NCBI GenBank assembly: GCA_036376135.1
Contig: DASVAW010000167.1
Coordinates: 13,811 to 77,810, forward strand
Reading direction: 5' to 3'
Length of the DNA: 64,000 bases
Origin: Candidatus Polarisedimenticolaceae bacterium
GTDB lineage: Bacteria > Acidobacteriota > Polarisedimenticolia > Polarisedimenticolales > DASRJG01
Below are positions 18,056 to 29,258 of the stretch, piece by piece; position 1 is the stretch's first letter; each line of letters begins with the position of its first letter. The notes under the pieces were generated by a model, which saw nothing but the letters and a program-made list of their open reading frames with translations, was not told the DNA's origin and did not search any database. The position numbers were made by a program, and so were the translations under genes.

Positions 18056-19368
18056 GCGCCGCGCTCCGGCCCGGCCGAGGTGTCCCGGGAGCCGGCGCTG
18101 GGCGAAGGCACTTCGTCGCCGTCGCCGAAGTCCGTCCCCCGGTGGAGGAGGATCCGGTTCCGGCCGGCCGACTTCGCGCGGTAGAGCGCCTCGTCCGCGC
18201 GGCGGATGAGCTCGACGCCGTCGGTCCCGTCGAACGGGAACACGGCCACGCCGCCGCTGATCGACAGCGACCCGAGCGGCTGCTTCTCGCGATGGGCGAA
18301 GGGGTGCTCCTCGATGACGCGCCGGATCCGTTCCGCGGCCAGCAGGGCGTCCCGGGCGTCCGTGCGGGGCATCGCGACGACGAACTCCTCGCCGCCGTAC
18401 CGGCACGCCACGTCGCCCGGGCGGAGGTTCTTGCGCAGGAGCGCGGCGACATCCCGCAGCACGTCGTCCCCTTCGACGTGGCCGTTCGTGTCGTTGTAGT
18501 TCTTGAAATGGTCGATGTCGAAAATGAGAACCGCGACGCGCTCCGCGGAACGCTCCGCGTCGTGGATCATCAGGCCGAACTTCTCCTTCAGGAAGTGGCG
18601 CTTGTTCATGAGGCCCGTCAGTCCGTCGGTGTGGGCCTGCACGCTGAGCTTCCGGTGGTTCTCGGCGTTGGTCATGGCGATCGACGCGAGGTTCGTCACC
18701 ATCTGGAGCATCAGCTTCTCGTCGCGCGGCCGGATTCCGGGGTTCCCCAGGGTGAGGACGCCGACGACTCGATCTCCCCCCTCCTCGTGCTGCACGATCG
18801 GCCCGATCATGTCGAGCCGGAGCGACGGGTGGTTCTCGTCGATCGCGCGGCCCTCCGTGCGGGTGAGGTTCATCCAGTCCTCGGCGAGCATTTCGACCCC
18901 GGCCTCCGCGACCCAGCCGATCTTCCCTTCGCCGAACCGGACGCGTCGGGGCACGCTCGTGCCTTCGAGCCCGCGCTGGTCGGTGAGGAACATCTCCTTG
19001 GCGTCGCCGTCCTCGCCTGCGGCCCTGGCCTGGTACATCGTGATCTGTTCGGGCTCGAAGATCGCGTCGACGAGGCTGATCACGAGACGGGGGATCTGAC
19101 GCGCGTCGATATCGGAGCGGTTGAGCTCGCGCACGACGTTCGGGAGGTACCGGGAGAGGTTCGACAACCAGCGCTGCTCGTTGCGCATCCGGTGGATCTG
19201 GCGGGCCTGCTCGCGCCCCTGCGCCTCGGCCCGCGAGATGTCGGCCCTCGCGCCGTCGAGCTCCTGACGGAGTCGGTTGGTGCCCAACCTTCCGAGGAAG
19301 AACCCTCCCGTCGTCCCTGCGGCGGCCGCGAGGACGATCAGGAGCACGGAGTCCAGGCTGAGCGACAT
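18052..19368 (-). CDS. Membrane-anchored GAF - GGDEF diguanylate cyclase
   Basis: N-terminal TM helix, DGLTGLMNKRHF, active-site GGEEF, and an RPGD I-site five residues upstream. It overlaps the EAL gene by 4 nt. Confidence 0.85.
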   Translation of the reverse strand: MSLSLDSVLLIVLAAAAGTTGGFFLGRLGTNRLRQELDGARADISRAEAQGREQARQIHRMRNEQRWLSNLSRYLPNVVRELNRSDIDARQIPRLVISLVDAIFEPEQITMYQARAAGEDGDAKEMFLTDQRGLEGTSVPRRVRFGEGKIGWVAEAGVEMLAEDWMNLTRTEGRAIDENHPSLRLDMIGPIVQHEEGGDRVVGVLTLGNPGIRPRDEKLMLQMVTNLASIAMTNAENHRKLSVQAHTDGLTGLMNKRHFLKEKFGLMIHDAERSAERVAVLIFDIDHFKNYNDTNGHVEGDDVLRDVAALLRKNLRPGDVACRYGGEEFVVAMPRTDARDALLAAERIRRVIEEHPFAHREKQPLGSLSISGGVAVFPFDGTDGVELIRRADEALYRAKSAGRNRILLHRGTDFGDGDEVPSPSAGSRDTSAGPERGA

Positions 19369-19423
19369 CCAAATCCCCTCGTGCGCACAGGTCGTACGTC
19401 GACCTCGCGGCCGAACCCAAATG

Positions 19424-19439
19424 TGCAATCCGCGTTCCG
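19424..19439 (-). promoter_or_regulatory. Candidate sigma-54 (-24/-12) promoter upstream of the GGDEF-EAL operon
   Basis: The minus strand reads CGGAACGCGGATTGCA, against TGGCACG-N4-TTGCW. The spacing is exact and there are two mismatches in the -24 box. It lies 57 nt upstream of the start codon. Confidence 0.3.
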
Positions 19440-19607
19440 AATAGGCAAGAGGAGTGCTACATATATATCTTCAATTCCGTCAAGGAGTTATCGGGCCGAC
19501 GGCCGCGCCCCGTTGCGGGCGCGGCAAAATTGTGTCGGCGCGCGGCCTCGGCGCCGCCGCGAAGCGTCCCTTTTCGGGGGGAGGCGCCGATTCGCTAGTA
19601 TTCCCCG

Positions 19608-20246
19608 ATGCTCCGCGTCAACGAGATCTTCCATTCCATCCAGGGGGAGTCCACCTGGGCGGGCGCGCCGTGCGTCTTCGTGCGCCTCACCGGCTGCAAC
19701 CTGCGATGCAGGTGGTGCGACTCGGCATTCGCGTTTTACGAAGGAACCGATCGGACGGTGGAAGAGGTCGTCCGCGAGGTGGACCGATTCGGGTGCGGCC
19801 TGGTCGAAGTGACCGGAGGGGAGCCGCTCCTCCAGGCCGACGTCCACGAGCTGCTCGGGCGGCTCGTCGACCGCGGATTCCGGGTGCTCCTCGAGACTTC
19901 GGGAAGCCTGCCGATCGAAGGCGTTCCCGACGGCGTCGCCCGGATCGTCGACGTGAAATGCCCCGCGTCCGGCGAGGTCGATCGGAACCGCTGGGAGAAC
20001 CTCGATCGGCTCCGGGCGGGCGACGAGCTGAAGTTCGTGATCGCGGACCGGGCGGACTACCTATGGGCGAGAGAGCAGGTGGCGCAGCGTTCGTTGACGC
20101 GTCGTTGTCCGGTCCTGTTCTCCGCCGTCCACGACGTTCTGGATCCGGCGAGTCTCGCGGCGTGGATCCTCGAGGATCGGCTGGACGTTCGCATCCAGAT
20201 CCAGGTTCACAAGGTCCTCTGGCCCGGGATCCTGCGAGGGGTCTGA
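19608..20246 (+). CDS. queE: 7-carboxy-7-deazaguanine synthase (radical SAM)
   Basis: [34 protein letters not shown] is the QueE signature. Confidence 0.9.
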   Translation: MLRVNEIFHSIQGESTWAGAPCVFVRLTGCNLRCRWCDSAFAFYEGTDRTVEEVVREVDRFGCGLVEVTGGEPLLQADVHELLGRLVDRGFRVLLETSGSLPIEGVPDGVARIVDVKCPASGEVDRNRWENLDRLRAGDELKFVIADRADYLWAREQVAQRSLTRRCPVLFSAVHDVLDPASLAAWILEDRLDVRIQIQVHKVLWPGILRGV

Positions 20247-20938
20247 TGCACGAGGCGATCGTCCTGCTCTCCGGCGGACTCGATTCCGCCACGACGCTGG
20301 CCATCGCGCGGGCGGAGGGCTTCCGGGTGCACGCGCTGACGGTCGCTTACGGCCAGCGGCATTCGATCGAGGTCGAACGGGCGAGGGAGCTCGCTGCCGC
20401 GCTCGGGGCGGCGTCCCATCGGGTGATCCGCCTCGACCTGCGTTTCCTGCGCGGTTCCGCCCTGACCGATCCGCAGGTGCCGGTCCCCAAGGACCGGGAC
20501 GGGGAGACGATCGGCAGGGGCATCCCCTCGACCTACGTGCCCGCACGCAACACGGTCTTCCTCTCGCTGGCCCTCGCGTGGGCCGAGACGATCGGGGCGG
20601 GCGACATCTACCTCGGTGTCAACTCCCTCGACTACAGCGGCTATCCGGACTGCCGGCCGGAATACCTCGCGGCGTTCGAGTCGATGGCCCGGCTCGCGAC
20701 GAGGGCGGGGGTGGAAGGGAACCGCCTGACGATCCACGCGCCGCTCCTTCACGCCACCAAGGCAGAGATCGTCCGTCGGGCCGTGCAACTCGGAGTGGAC
20801 CTCGGCCGGACGATCTCCTGTTACGATCCGGGGGCCCGCGGCCGACCGTGCGGCGCGTGCGACGCGTGCGTGCTGCGGGCCCGGGGATTCGCCGACGCGG
20901 GGCTCGAAGACCCCGCCTTGCTCGAAGGAGGGGACTAG
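20246..20938 (+). CDS. queC: 7-cyano-7-deazaguanine synthase
   Basis: [12 protein letters not shown]..., [15 protein letters not shown] and the C-terminal Zn motif [10 protein letters not shown]. The TGATG junction overlaps queE. Confidence 0.9.
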   Translation: MHEAIVLLSGGLDSATTLAIARAEGFRVHALTVAYGQRHSIEVERARELAAALGAASHRVIRLDLRFLRGSALTDPQVPVPKDRDGETIGRGIPSTYVPARNTVFLSLALAWAETIGAGDIYLGVNSLDYSGYPDCRPEYLAAFESMARLATRAGVEGNRLTIHAPLLHATKAEIVRRAVQLGVDLGRTISCYDPGARGRPCGACDACVLRARGFADAGLEDPALLEGGD

Positions 20939-21537
20939 CCGAGTTGTGCGCGACGCCGCGTGGCGTGGCCGCGGAGCTCGCGAGCGGCTTCGGCGGCGGC
21001 GCCCGCTTCCCCCGAGCTATGCTCGAGCCGGGCGGCGACGGCCTCGATCAACTCGACGTCCTGCCAGGCCCTTTCCTGCATCGCTCCCGCCATCGCGTTG
21101 ACCGACGCGGCGAGCTCCTGGAGGTTGTCCCCGCGACGAAGGCGCAGGCGCGTGTCCAGGCGTCCCTCCCGGAGCCGGTCGAGGGAACGTCCGATCTTGA
21201 ACGCGGCGCCGGCGGTCCGGTGGGTCTCGAGGATGCTCACGAGGAACACCCCCACCAGGAACACGAGTGAGCCCGTCGCGACGAGCCCGATCTGCACCCG
21301 GTCCTGGGCCTCGATCATCTCGCGCAGCTCCGGGGCGATCGCCTTGACGTTGCGGGAGCCCTCGCGGGCGGAGAAGACGAGGCTGAGGTTCAGGATGATG
21401 AGGAGCAGGAGCGCGACCGCCACGGCAAGGAAGGCCGCACGGTACTGGTACCCGCCGTCCACCACGAACCGCCGGCGGCGGAGCAGGTTCCGCAACGCCC
21501 CCGCAGGCTGCGCTAGGCTCGCTCCTGGGTCCGCCAT
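20935..21537 (-). CDS. Two-TM HAMP domain-containing membrane protein
   Basis: Two TM helices are followed by the HAMP-like segment [27 protein letters not shown]...[13 protein letters not shown]. There is no output domain. Confidence 0.6.
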   Translation of the reverse strand: MADPGASLAQPAGALRNLLRRRRFVVDGGYQYRAAFLAVAVALLLLIILNLSLVFSAREGSRNVKAIAPELREMIEAQDRVQIGLVATGSLVFLVGVFLVSILETHRTAGAAFKIGRSLDRLREGRLDTRLRLRRGDNLQELAASVNAMAGAMQERAWQDVELIEAVAARLEHSSGEAGAAAEAARELRGHATRRRAQLG

Positions 21538-21658
21538 GATCCGGCCCTCCGGCACCTGAAGATGGGGTCCCGGGGGGCGACCGGTCAAGCGACGTTGCCG
21601 TGGCGCGCTTTTCGGGGTTACGATGCGCCCGTTCCGGTGCCGCCGGACGGAGGAGCCC

Positions 21659-22054
21659 ATGGAACAGAAGATCGTCGTCCACCTGCGGGGCGGCGGGATC
21701 CACAAGGGGATCACGCACGACTTCGACCCCGAGCGGGAGACGTTCCACCTCCTGCCGGCGGAAGGAGGGGGTGTTCCGTTCCGCGTGCGGTTGGACGATG
21801 CGAAGGCCGTCTTTTACGTGAAGGACTACCTCGGGAACCGGGACTTCATCGCCCGGCGCCATTTCGATCAGGTCCAACAGCACGGCCGCCGGGTCATCCT
21901 GACCTTCTACGACGGCGAGCAGATGTGGGGCACGATCGCCGAGGGCGACGAGGACAAGAACGGCTTCTATTTCTATCCGGCGGACGAGCGGGACAACAAC
22001 ATCCGGCTGTTCGTGCCGAGAAGCTCGCTCAAGGATCTCCAGGTCGTCGCCTGA
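21659..22054 (+). CDS. Conserved-looking hypothetical protein (131 aa, internally duplicated beta-rich halves)
   Basis: A GGAGGAG Shine-Dalgarno site lies directly upstream of the ATG. The sequence is non-low-complexity (KIVVHLRGGGIHKGITHDFDPERETFHLLP and RVILTFYDGEQMWGTIAEGDEDKNGFYFYP). Confidence 0.6.
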   Translation: MEQKIVVHLRGGGIHKGITHDFDPERETFHLLPAEGGGVPFRVRLDDAKAVFYVKDYLGNRDFIARRHFDQVQQHGRRVILTFYDGEQMWGTIAEGDEDKNGFYFYPADERDNNIRLFVPRSSLKDLQVVA

Positions 22055-22072
22055 CGGCGTGAAGGAGGCTGC

Positions 22073-22366
22073 TTGAACAAGGCGGAACTGACCGACAAGC
22101 TGGCGATCAAGACGGGGCTGTCCCCGAAGGACGCCCGAATCGTCATGGATGCGCTCTTCGACCCGGATCCCAAGATCGGCCTGATCGCCGAAGCCTTGAT
22201 CGGCGGCGACAAGGTGGCGATCAGCGGATTCGGCACCTTCGAGGCGCGGGCCCGCAAGCCGCGGTCGGGGCGCAACCCGCACACGGGGGAGACGCTCGAA
22301 ATCCCCGCGACGCGGGCGCCGGCGTTCAAGGCCGGTAAGCCCCTGAAAGAGACCCTCAAGGGCTGA
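22073..22366 (+). CDS. HU/IHF family DNA-binding protein
   Basis: MNKAELTDKLA...GDKVAISGFGTFEARARKPRSGRNPHTGETLEIPATRAPAFKAGKPLK is the canonical HU fold signature. Confidence 0.9.
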   Translation: MNKAELTDKLAIKTGLSPKDARIVMDALFDPDPKIGLIAEALIGGDKVAISGFGTFEARARKPRSGRNPHTGETLEIPATRAPAFKAGKPLKETLKG

Positions 22367-22407
22367 ACGCCTGGCGGCGCCGCACCGCCGCCGGGCCTGC
22401 CTTCCCG

Positions 22408-24762
22408 ATGGCCCCCCGAAGCCGATCCGACGCAGGGTCCGGCGGCGCGACGCGTCGCCGGAAACGGAGGTGGGTCCGTACCCTGCTGCTGGGCGTTGCG
22501 CTGCCCGTCGTCGTGGTCGGCACGATCGTCGGCGTCGTCCTTTACGTCGAGATCTCGCGGACCTTCGAGGGTCGGGTCTGGACCCTCCCGTCGAGGATCT
22601 ACGGCGAGCGCCTGGTCCTCCTCCCCGGCAGCGCGATGTCGCCGGCGACGCTCGAAGACCGGCTCGAGCGGATGGGGTACGCGAAGGTGGACGGGGAGCC
22701 GGCACGGCCCGGCCAGTATCGCCGGCGGACGTCCACGCTCGAGGTGCACCTCCGGGCGTTCGACACGGGAGGCAAGCCGCTCCCGGCGCGGCGTGCCCGG
22801 CTCCGATACGCCGGGCGCGCGATCGCTTCGATCGACGACGGGAGGGGTCGCGGGCTCGGCCGGCTCGAGGTGGAGCCGGAGCTGCTCTCGGTCGTCTTCG
22901 GCCCCAGGCAGGAGGAGCGCAGGATCGTCCGCCTGAAGGACGTCCCCCCGGGATTGATCGAAGCGGTGTTGGCCGCCGAAGACGAGCGGTTCTTCTCCCA
23001 CGCCGGCTTCGACCCCGTCGGCATCGCCCGGGCCGCGTTCGCGAACCTCCGCAGCGGCCGGATCGTGCAGGGCGGCTCGACGATCACCCAGCAGACGGTC
23101 AAGAACCTCTACCTCGGACAGGAGCGCACCGTCTGGCGCAAGCTGCGCGAGCTCGCGATGGCGGTGATCCTCGATCTGCGTTACCCGAAGGAGCGGATCC
23201 TCGAGACCTATCTCAACGAGGTGTACCTCGGGCAGCGCGGCTCCGTCGCGATCTGCGGCATCGAGACGGCGTCGCAGTTCTATTTCGGCCGAGGGCTCAA
23301 GGATCTCTCCACCGCCGAGGGAGCCCTGCTTGCGGGGCTCATCCGGAGTCCGGGATCGAACAATCCGTTCGCCCATCCCGAGCAGGCGATCGAACGCCGG
23401 AACCAGGTCCTCGACGCGCTCCACGACGCGGGGAAACTCGACGAGGCCGCGTGGAAGAAGGCGAAGGCGGAGCCGCTCCGCCTCGGCAGCGGCGGCGCCG
23501 GATTCGCCCGGGCTCCGTACGCGGTGGAGCTCGTTCGCGGCCAGCTCGCGGAGGCGTATTCCGCGCAGGAGCTCGCCGAGGAAGGCCTCGAGATCTTCAC
23601 GACGCTCGACACCGATCTCCAGCACGCGGCCGAGCGCGCCCTGCGCGAAGGGCTCGAGCGGCTCGAGCGCGACCTGCCCTCCGTCCGATCGCAGGTGCGA
23701 CGCCGGCGACTCCAGGGTGCCGTCGTCGTGCTCGATCCGAGCAACGGCGCGGTGCTCGCCCTCGTCGGAGGCCGCGACTATCGCGAGAGCCAGTTCAACC
23801 GCGCGCTGCAGGCGGAGCGCCAGCCCGGATCGTGCTTCAAGCCGTTCGTGTACCTCGCGGGCCTCGAACGGGCCCAGCGCGGCGAGACCGGACTGACCGC
23901 CGCGACGGTTCTCGACGATTCGCCGTTCGAGATGGTCTCGGGGGGAAAGACCTGGTCGCCGATGAACTACGACGGCGAGTTCCGCGGACCCGTGTCCGCG
24001 AGGCAGGCGCTCGAGCAGTCGCTCAACGTCCCCACCGTCCGCGCCGCGCAGGCGATCGGACTCGAGGCGGTCGTCGACGTCGCGAGGCGTTGCGGCATCG
24101 CGCGGCGCCTGGAGCCGTTGCCGTCGCTCGCGCTCGGCGCGCAGGAGGTCACGCCGATCGAGCTCGCGCGCGCCTACGCGACGCTGGCCAACGGCGGCGT
24201 GCGGCCGTCCCTCACGGCGGTGCGGGAGGTGGACGCGCCGGGAGGGCGACGCCTCGATCGCGTCGCGCCGAAGGCGGAGCGCGCCGCGACGCCGGAGGCG
24301 ACGTGGGTGCTCACGAACATGCTCGAGGGGGTGCTGGCCAGGGGAACGGCGGCCTCGTCTTCGGCCTTGGGCTTCACCGGAGCCGGTGCCGGGAAGACCG
24401 GCACCACGGACGACACCCGGGACGCCTGGTTCGTCGGCTACACCCCCGACGTGCTCGCGCTCGTGTGGGTCGGCTACGACGACAACTCCAAGACCGGAAT
24501 GACCGGGGCCGTCGGCGCGTTGCCGATCTGGGTCGACGTCCTCGACGCGGCCTCCCATCGGCGTTCCTCGCGCGCGTTTCCGCCTCCCCCCGGCGTGTTC
24601 CCGGTGGAGGTCGATCCGGAGACCGGGGACCTGGCCGTGGCCGGGTGCCCGACCCGGGGGCAGGAGTGGTTCATCCAGGGGACGGAGCCCCCGCCCTGCA
24701 CGCAGCACGAAGGGGGGTTGTTCCGCTGGTTCCGGAAGCTGTTCCGCAAGGACTCGGTGTGA
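22408..24762 (+). CDS. Class A penicillin-binding protein (transglycosylase + transpeptidase; PBP1B-like N-terminus)
   Basis: GT51 motifs EDERFFSHAGFD and GGSTITQQTVKN. Transpeptidase motifs SCFKPF and KTGTT. An N-terminal TM anchor is present. Confidence 0.9.
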   Translation: MAPRSRSDAGSGGATRRRKRRWVRTLLLGVALPVVVVGTIVGVVLYVEISRTFEGRVWTLPSRIYGERLVLLPGSAMSPATLEDRLERMGYAKVDGEPARPGQYRRRTSTLEVHLRAFDTGGKPLPARRARLRYAGRAIASIDDGRGRGLGRLEVEPELLSVVFGPRQEERRIVRLKDVPPGLIEAVLAAEDERFFSHAGFDPVGIARAAFANLRSGRIVQGGSTITQQTVKNLYLGQERTVWRKLRELAMAVILDLRYPKERILETYLNEVYLGQRGSVAICGIETASQFYFGRGLKDLSTAEGALLAGLIRSPGSNNPFAHPEQAIERRNQVLDALHDAGKLDEAAWKKAKAEPLRLGSGGAGFARAPYAVELVRGQLAEAYSAQELAEEGLEIFTTLDTDLQHAAERALREGLERLERDLPSVRSQVRRRRLQGAVVVLDPSNGAVLALVGGRDYRESQFNRALQAERQPGSCFKPFVYLAGLERAQRGETGLTAATVLDDSPFEMVSGGKTWSPMNYDGEFRGPVSARQALEQSLNVPTVRAAQAIGLEAVVDVARRCGIARRLEPLPSLALGAQEVTPIELARAYATLANGGVRPSLTAVREVDAPGGRRLDRVAPKAERAATPEATWVLTNMLEGVLARGTAASSSALGFTGAGAGKTGTTDDTRDAWFVGYTPDVLALVWVGYDDNSKTGMTGAVGALPIWVDVLDAASHRRSSRAFPPPPGVFPVEVDPETGDLAVAGCPTRGQEWFIQGTEPPPCTQHEGGLFRWFRKLFRKDSV

Positions 24763-24805
24763 CCGGCACTAGACGCGGAGGCTTCCGGGAACGTAGGAAA
24801 CAGAC

Positions 24806-25291
24806 GTGATCCCCCAGACCAGCCGCAGCAGCCAGCGAGGGCTGACGTTCGTCGAGCTGCTCACCGCAGCGGCGATCCTCGCCATCCTCGCCGGACTTGC
24901 CATGCCCACCCTCCGCTGGGAGGAGAAACGCCGCAAGGAGGTCCAGCTCAAGATGGCGCTCGAGTCCATGCGCGGGGCGATCGACCAGTACAAGAAGTTC
25001 TTCGACGAGGGGCGGATCCAGCAACAGGACGTCGATCAGTGGGGGTACCCGCTGTCGCTGGAGGAACTGGTCGAGGGAGTCGAGCTTACGGGAGAGGAAG
25101 CGCTGACCAAGAAGTCGATGAAGTTCCTCCGCCGCATCCCCGTCGATCCGTTCACCGGCGAGGCGACCTGGGGGATGCGCTCCTATCAGGACGACTGGGA
25201 CTCGGACTCCTGGGGAGGGGAGAACGTCTACGACGTCTACAGCCTGTCGGATCGAAAGGCGCTCGACGGGACGTACTACAAGGACTGGTAG
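24806..25291 (+). CDS. Prepilin-type N-terminal cleavage/methylation domain protein (GspG/pseudopilin-like)
   Basis: QRGLTFVELLTAAAILAILAGLAMP is a class III signal/methylation motif. It has a GTG start. Confidence 0.75.
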   Translation: MIPQTSRSSQRGLTFVELLTAAAILAILAGLAMPTLRWEEKRRKEVQLKMALESMRGAIDQYKKFFDEGRIQQQDVDQWGYPLSLEELVEGVELTGEEALTKKSMKFLRRIPVDPFTGEATWGMRSYQDDWDSDSWGGENVYDVYSLSDRKALDGTYYKDW

Positions 25292-25298
25292 AAACGAC

Positions 25299-25321
25299 GA
25301 AGCCCGGCTCAGCCGGGCTTC
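25299..25321. terminator. GC-rich hairpin between the pseudopilin gene and tRNA-Leu (possible bidirectional terminator; no clear U-tract)
   Basis: A 10-bp stem, GAAGCCCGGC (25299-25308) pairing with GCCGGGCTTC (25312-25321), with a 3-nt loop. Confidence 0.35.
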
Positions 25322-25336
25322 GCGCGTCGCGAATCT

Positions 25337-25421
25337 TGGTGCCGAAGGGGGGATTCGAACCCCCACGCCTCGCGGCGCCACCCCCTCAAGATGGTGTGTC
25401 TACCAATTTCACCACTTCGGC
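25337..25421 (-). tRNA. tRNA-Leu (anticodon GAG), 85 nt including CCA
   Basis: The reverse complement is GCCGAAGTGGTGAAATTGGTAGAC...CCATC-TTGAGGG-GGTGG...GGTTCGAATCC...CTTCGGCACCA. It has a 7-bp acceptor stem and a long variable arm. Confidence 0.9.
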
Positions 25422-25436
25422 AAGGACGTCGGAATT

Positions 25437-25802
25437 CTAGTTCCCCTGCGGGGTCGGCGTCGACGGCGCGGGGGGCGCCGGCGGAGCCGGGGCGGACGGC
25501 GCGGGCGCGGTCGGTGCCGGCACGCTCGTCGCCGGAACCTGATCGAGCACCGAGCCGGTGCCGGAGGCGCCCGAAGACGCCATCATCGAGAGCGCGAACG
25601 ACGTGAGCATGAAGACGATCGCGCCGATCGTCGTCATCTTCGACAGGAGCGTCGCGGCGCCGCGCGCCCCGAACGCCGTCTGGCTGCCGCCTCCGCCGAA
25701 GGCACCCGCGAGATCGGCGCGTTTGCCGGTCTGGAGCAGGACGACGCCGATCAGGAGCAGGCAGCAGGCGACGTGAACGACTATCAAGAGACCGTAAAGC
25801 AT
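25437..25802 (-). CDS. secG: Preprotein translocase subunit SecG
   Basis: MLYGLLIVVHVACCLLLIGVVLLQTGKRADLAGAFGGGGSQTAFGARGA is the SecG signature. It has a Pro/Ala-rich tail. Confidence 0.85.
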   Translation of the reverse strand: MLYGLLIVVHVACCLLLIGVVLLQTGKRADLAGAFGGGGSQTAFGARGAATLLSKMTTIGAIVFMLTSFALSMMASSGASGTGSVLDQVPATSVPAPTAPAPSAPAPPAPPAPSTPTPQGN

Positions 25803-25840
25803 GCGATTCCTCGGAAAGCCCCGTCCGGAGCCGGGGGAGC

Positions 25841-26625
25841 CTAGCACGCCCCCGGAGCGGCGGGCAAGGCTGCGCGCACGATGCCGAGGAAGCGGGCAGC
25901 GTCGAGCGAGGCCCCGCCGACGAGGGCGCCGTCCACCTCCTCCAGGGCGAGGATCTCGACGGCATTCTGCGGCGTCACCGAACCGCCGTACTGGATCCGG
26001 ATCCGCTGCGCCGCCTCCCCTCCGAACATCCCGGCGAGTCGTCCGCGGATGAGGCGATGGACTTCGGCGATCTGCTCGAGAGTCGCCACCCGCCCGGTGC
26101 CGATGGCCCAGACCGGCTCGTAGGCGACGACGAGACGATCGGCCTCGGCCGCCGGGACCGCGGCGAGGCCGAGCCGCATCTGGCGCTCGACCACCTCGAG
26201 GGTTCCGCCGGCAAGCCGTTCTCCCTCCGTCTCGCCCACACAGACGATCGGGACCAGGGCGTGCCGGAATGCAGCGGCCACCTTTCGACGGACGTCCTCG
26301 TCGGTCTCGCCGAGCAGGTGTCGACGTTCGGAGTGTCCGAGGATCACGAACGAGGCGCTCATCGAGGCGAGCATCGCCGCCGAAACCTCTCCCGTGAACG
26401 CGCCCACGTCCTCCCAATGGACGTCCTGGGCGCCGACCTGGAGCGGGGCACCGTTTCTGGCGTCGAGGGCGGCACGCAGGAAAGGAAACGGGGGCGCGAT
26501 GCCCACGTCCACGCCCGCGAGGTCGCGCGTCCCCGCCGCGACCTCGCGGGTGAGCGCGGCGCACCTGGGCTCGTCGAGGTTCATCTTCGAGTTGCCCACC
26601 ACGAAGGGCCGACGGCGCGAAGGCG

Positions 26626-26629
<4 letters not shown>
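25841..26629 (-). CDS. tpiA: Triosephosphate isomerase
   Basis: [27 protein letters not shown] and YGGSV motifs. The GTG start overlaps the pgk stop (GTGA). Confidence 0.9.
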
Positions 26630-27816
<1,187 letters not shown>

Positions 27817-27836
27817 GAGGATCCTCCGGGGCGCGG

Positions 27837-29165
27837 TCAGCGCCCGAATCGCGCCCGGGCGGGGCGCGGCCGCGCGGGGGGGAGGACGGCCTCGAGCGCG
27901 CGGCGCTGCTCGGGACCGAGCGCGCGGAACAACCGGCTCGTGCGACGGATGCGCTCGCGGCGCATGATCGCGCGGACGGTCGTGCCGATGCGCTCCCGGA
28001 TGTAGCGGTCCTCGCGCGACCATGCGCGGAGAAGCTCGGGGAGCTCGTCCCTCTTGCCGATCAGCTCGACGGCCTCGATCGCCTCGGGCTCGAGCCGGAT
28101 GTCTCCCGCCGAGAGCATCTCGCGGAGGTCCTGCACGGCGCAGCGGCTGCCGACGCGGGCGAGCTCGAGGTGCGCCTTCGCGCGGACGCGGACCATGGGA
28201 TCGAAGCCGTCGGCGTTCGCTCCGTTGCGGGCGCGCAGGCGCTCGATCACGTCGCGGATCCGGTAGACCAGGGACTTCTCGCCGGACGATCCCGCGACCT
28301 CGAGCAGGACGAGCAACGGCAGCGGCTCGTCCACGTGCTCGAGGGCGAAGGCGAGGGCGCGGACGTGGCGGGGCGCGAGGGCCCGCAGGGCGAGGCCCGC
28401 ACGGGCGCAGAACTCCGGATCATGGGCGTGTCGCCGCATCGCCTCGACGAGCGGGACGATCGCCGACGCGCCGCATCGCGCGAGCTGGCGCACCGATTCG
28501 TACCAGACGGTGTACGACGGGCTCGCGAGGCGGGAGACCAGTCGCACGGGCGGCACCCGTCGCGTCCGTCGCGGCGCGAGAAGCGCCTCCTCGACGTCGG
28601 CGGCGCGACGGGATACCTCGGGGGAAGCATCCAGACGCAGCCGACGGACCAGAGCCCGGCGCTCCGCCCCCTTCAGGAGCGGGATGAGCTCGACCGCGAC
28701 CAGGCGCAGCTTCCCGTCGGCTCCGGAGTCGACGAGCAGGGCGAGAACCGGGCGAAGCGCGCCGTCCTGTCCCGCCTCGCAGAGCTCGAGCAGCCCCTGG
28801 AGGGCCACGACGCGAAGCTCGGAGCTCCGCTCGCGCGTGAGCGCGCGCTCGAGGGCGGCGACCGCCTCCGGCGAGGGGAACCGCGCGATCGAGCGCAGCG
28901 CCACTTCCCGCAGCCGGGGGTCGCGGTCGACGAGCATGCCGGTGAGCGCTTCGCGGCCGCGAGGATCCTGGGTGAGGGCCAGAAGCGGCATGGCGTTCGC
29001 CCGGGTCCGCGGATTGTCTCCGTCGAGCGCTTCGATGAGCGCCGGGACCGCGCGGGAGCCGAACAACGCGAGCCTCGCGCGCGCGTCGTCGACGCGCGAC
29101 GCCGAGCGGCTTCCGAGCCGTCGGACGAGTTCGGGAATCTCGTTTGCCCTGGGCGGAAGCGTCAT
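27837..29165 (-). CDS. HEAT repeat-containing protein
   Basis: Repeated helical units ([38 protein letters not shown] and others). Confidence 0.6.
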   Translation of the reverse strand: MTLPPRANEIPELVRRLGSRSASRVDDARARLALFGSRAVPALIEALDGDNPRTRANAMPLLALTQDPRGREALTGMLVDRDPRLREVALRSIARFPSPEAVAALERALTRERSSELRVVALQGLLELCEAGQDGALRPVLALLVDSGADGKLRLVAVELIPLLKGAERRALVRRLRLDASPEVSRRAADVEEALLAPRRTRRVPPVRLVSRLASPSYTVWYESVRQLARCGASAIVPLVEAMRRHAHDPEFCARAGLALRALAPRHVRALAFALEHVDEPLPLLVLLEVAGSSGEKSLVYRIRDVIERLRARNGANADGFDPMVRVRAKAHLELARVGSRCAVQDLREMLSAGDIRLEPEAIEAVELIGKRDELPELLRAWSREDRYIRERIGTTVRAIMRRERIRRTSRLFRALGPEQRRALEAVLPPARPRPARARFGR

Positions 29166-29258
29166 CTAGAGTTCGTCCGCAACCCGAACCGCGCCGACGA
29201 GGTTCGGTTCCGCAACGGGTTTCGACCGAGGAATACCGTGCCGGAAAACCGCGGGATT

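Noticed and set aside
19440-19607. A possible preQ1 riboswitch upstream of queE-queC, including the hairpin GGCCGCGCCCCGTTGCGGGCGCGGC followed by AAAATTGTG.
   Set aside because: The 10-bp stem and the short A-tract do not fit the compact preQ1-I/II/III consensus as I remember it. I could not build the pseudoknot. An Rfam cmscan would settle the question.
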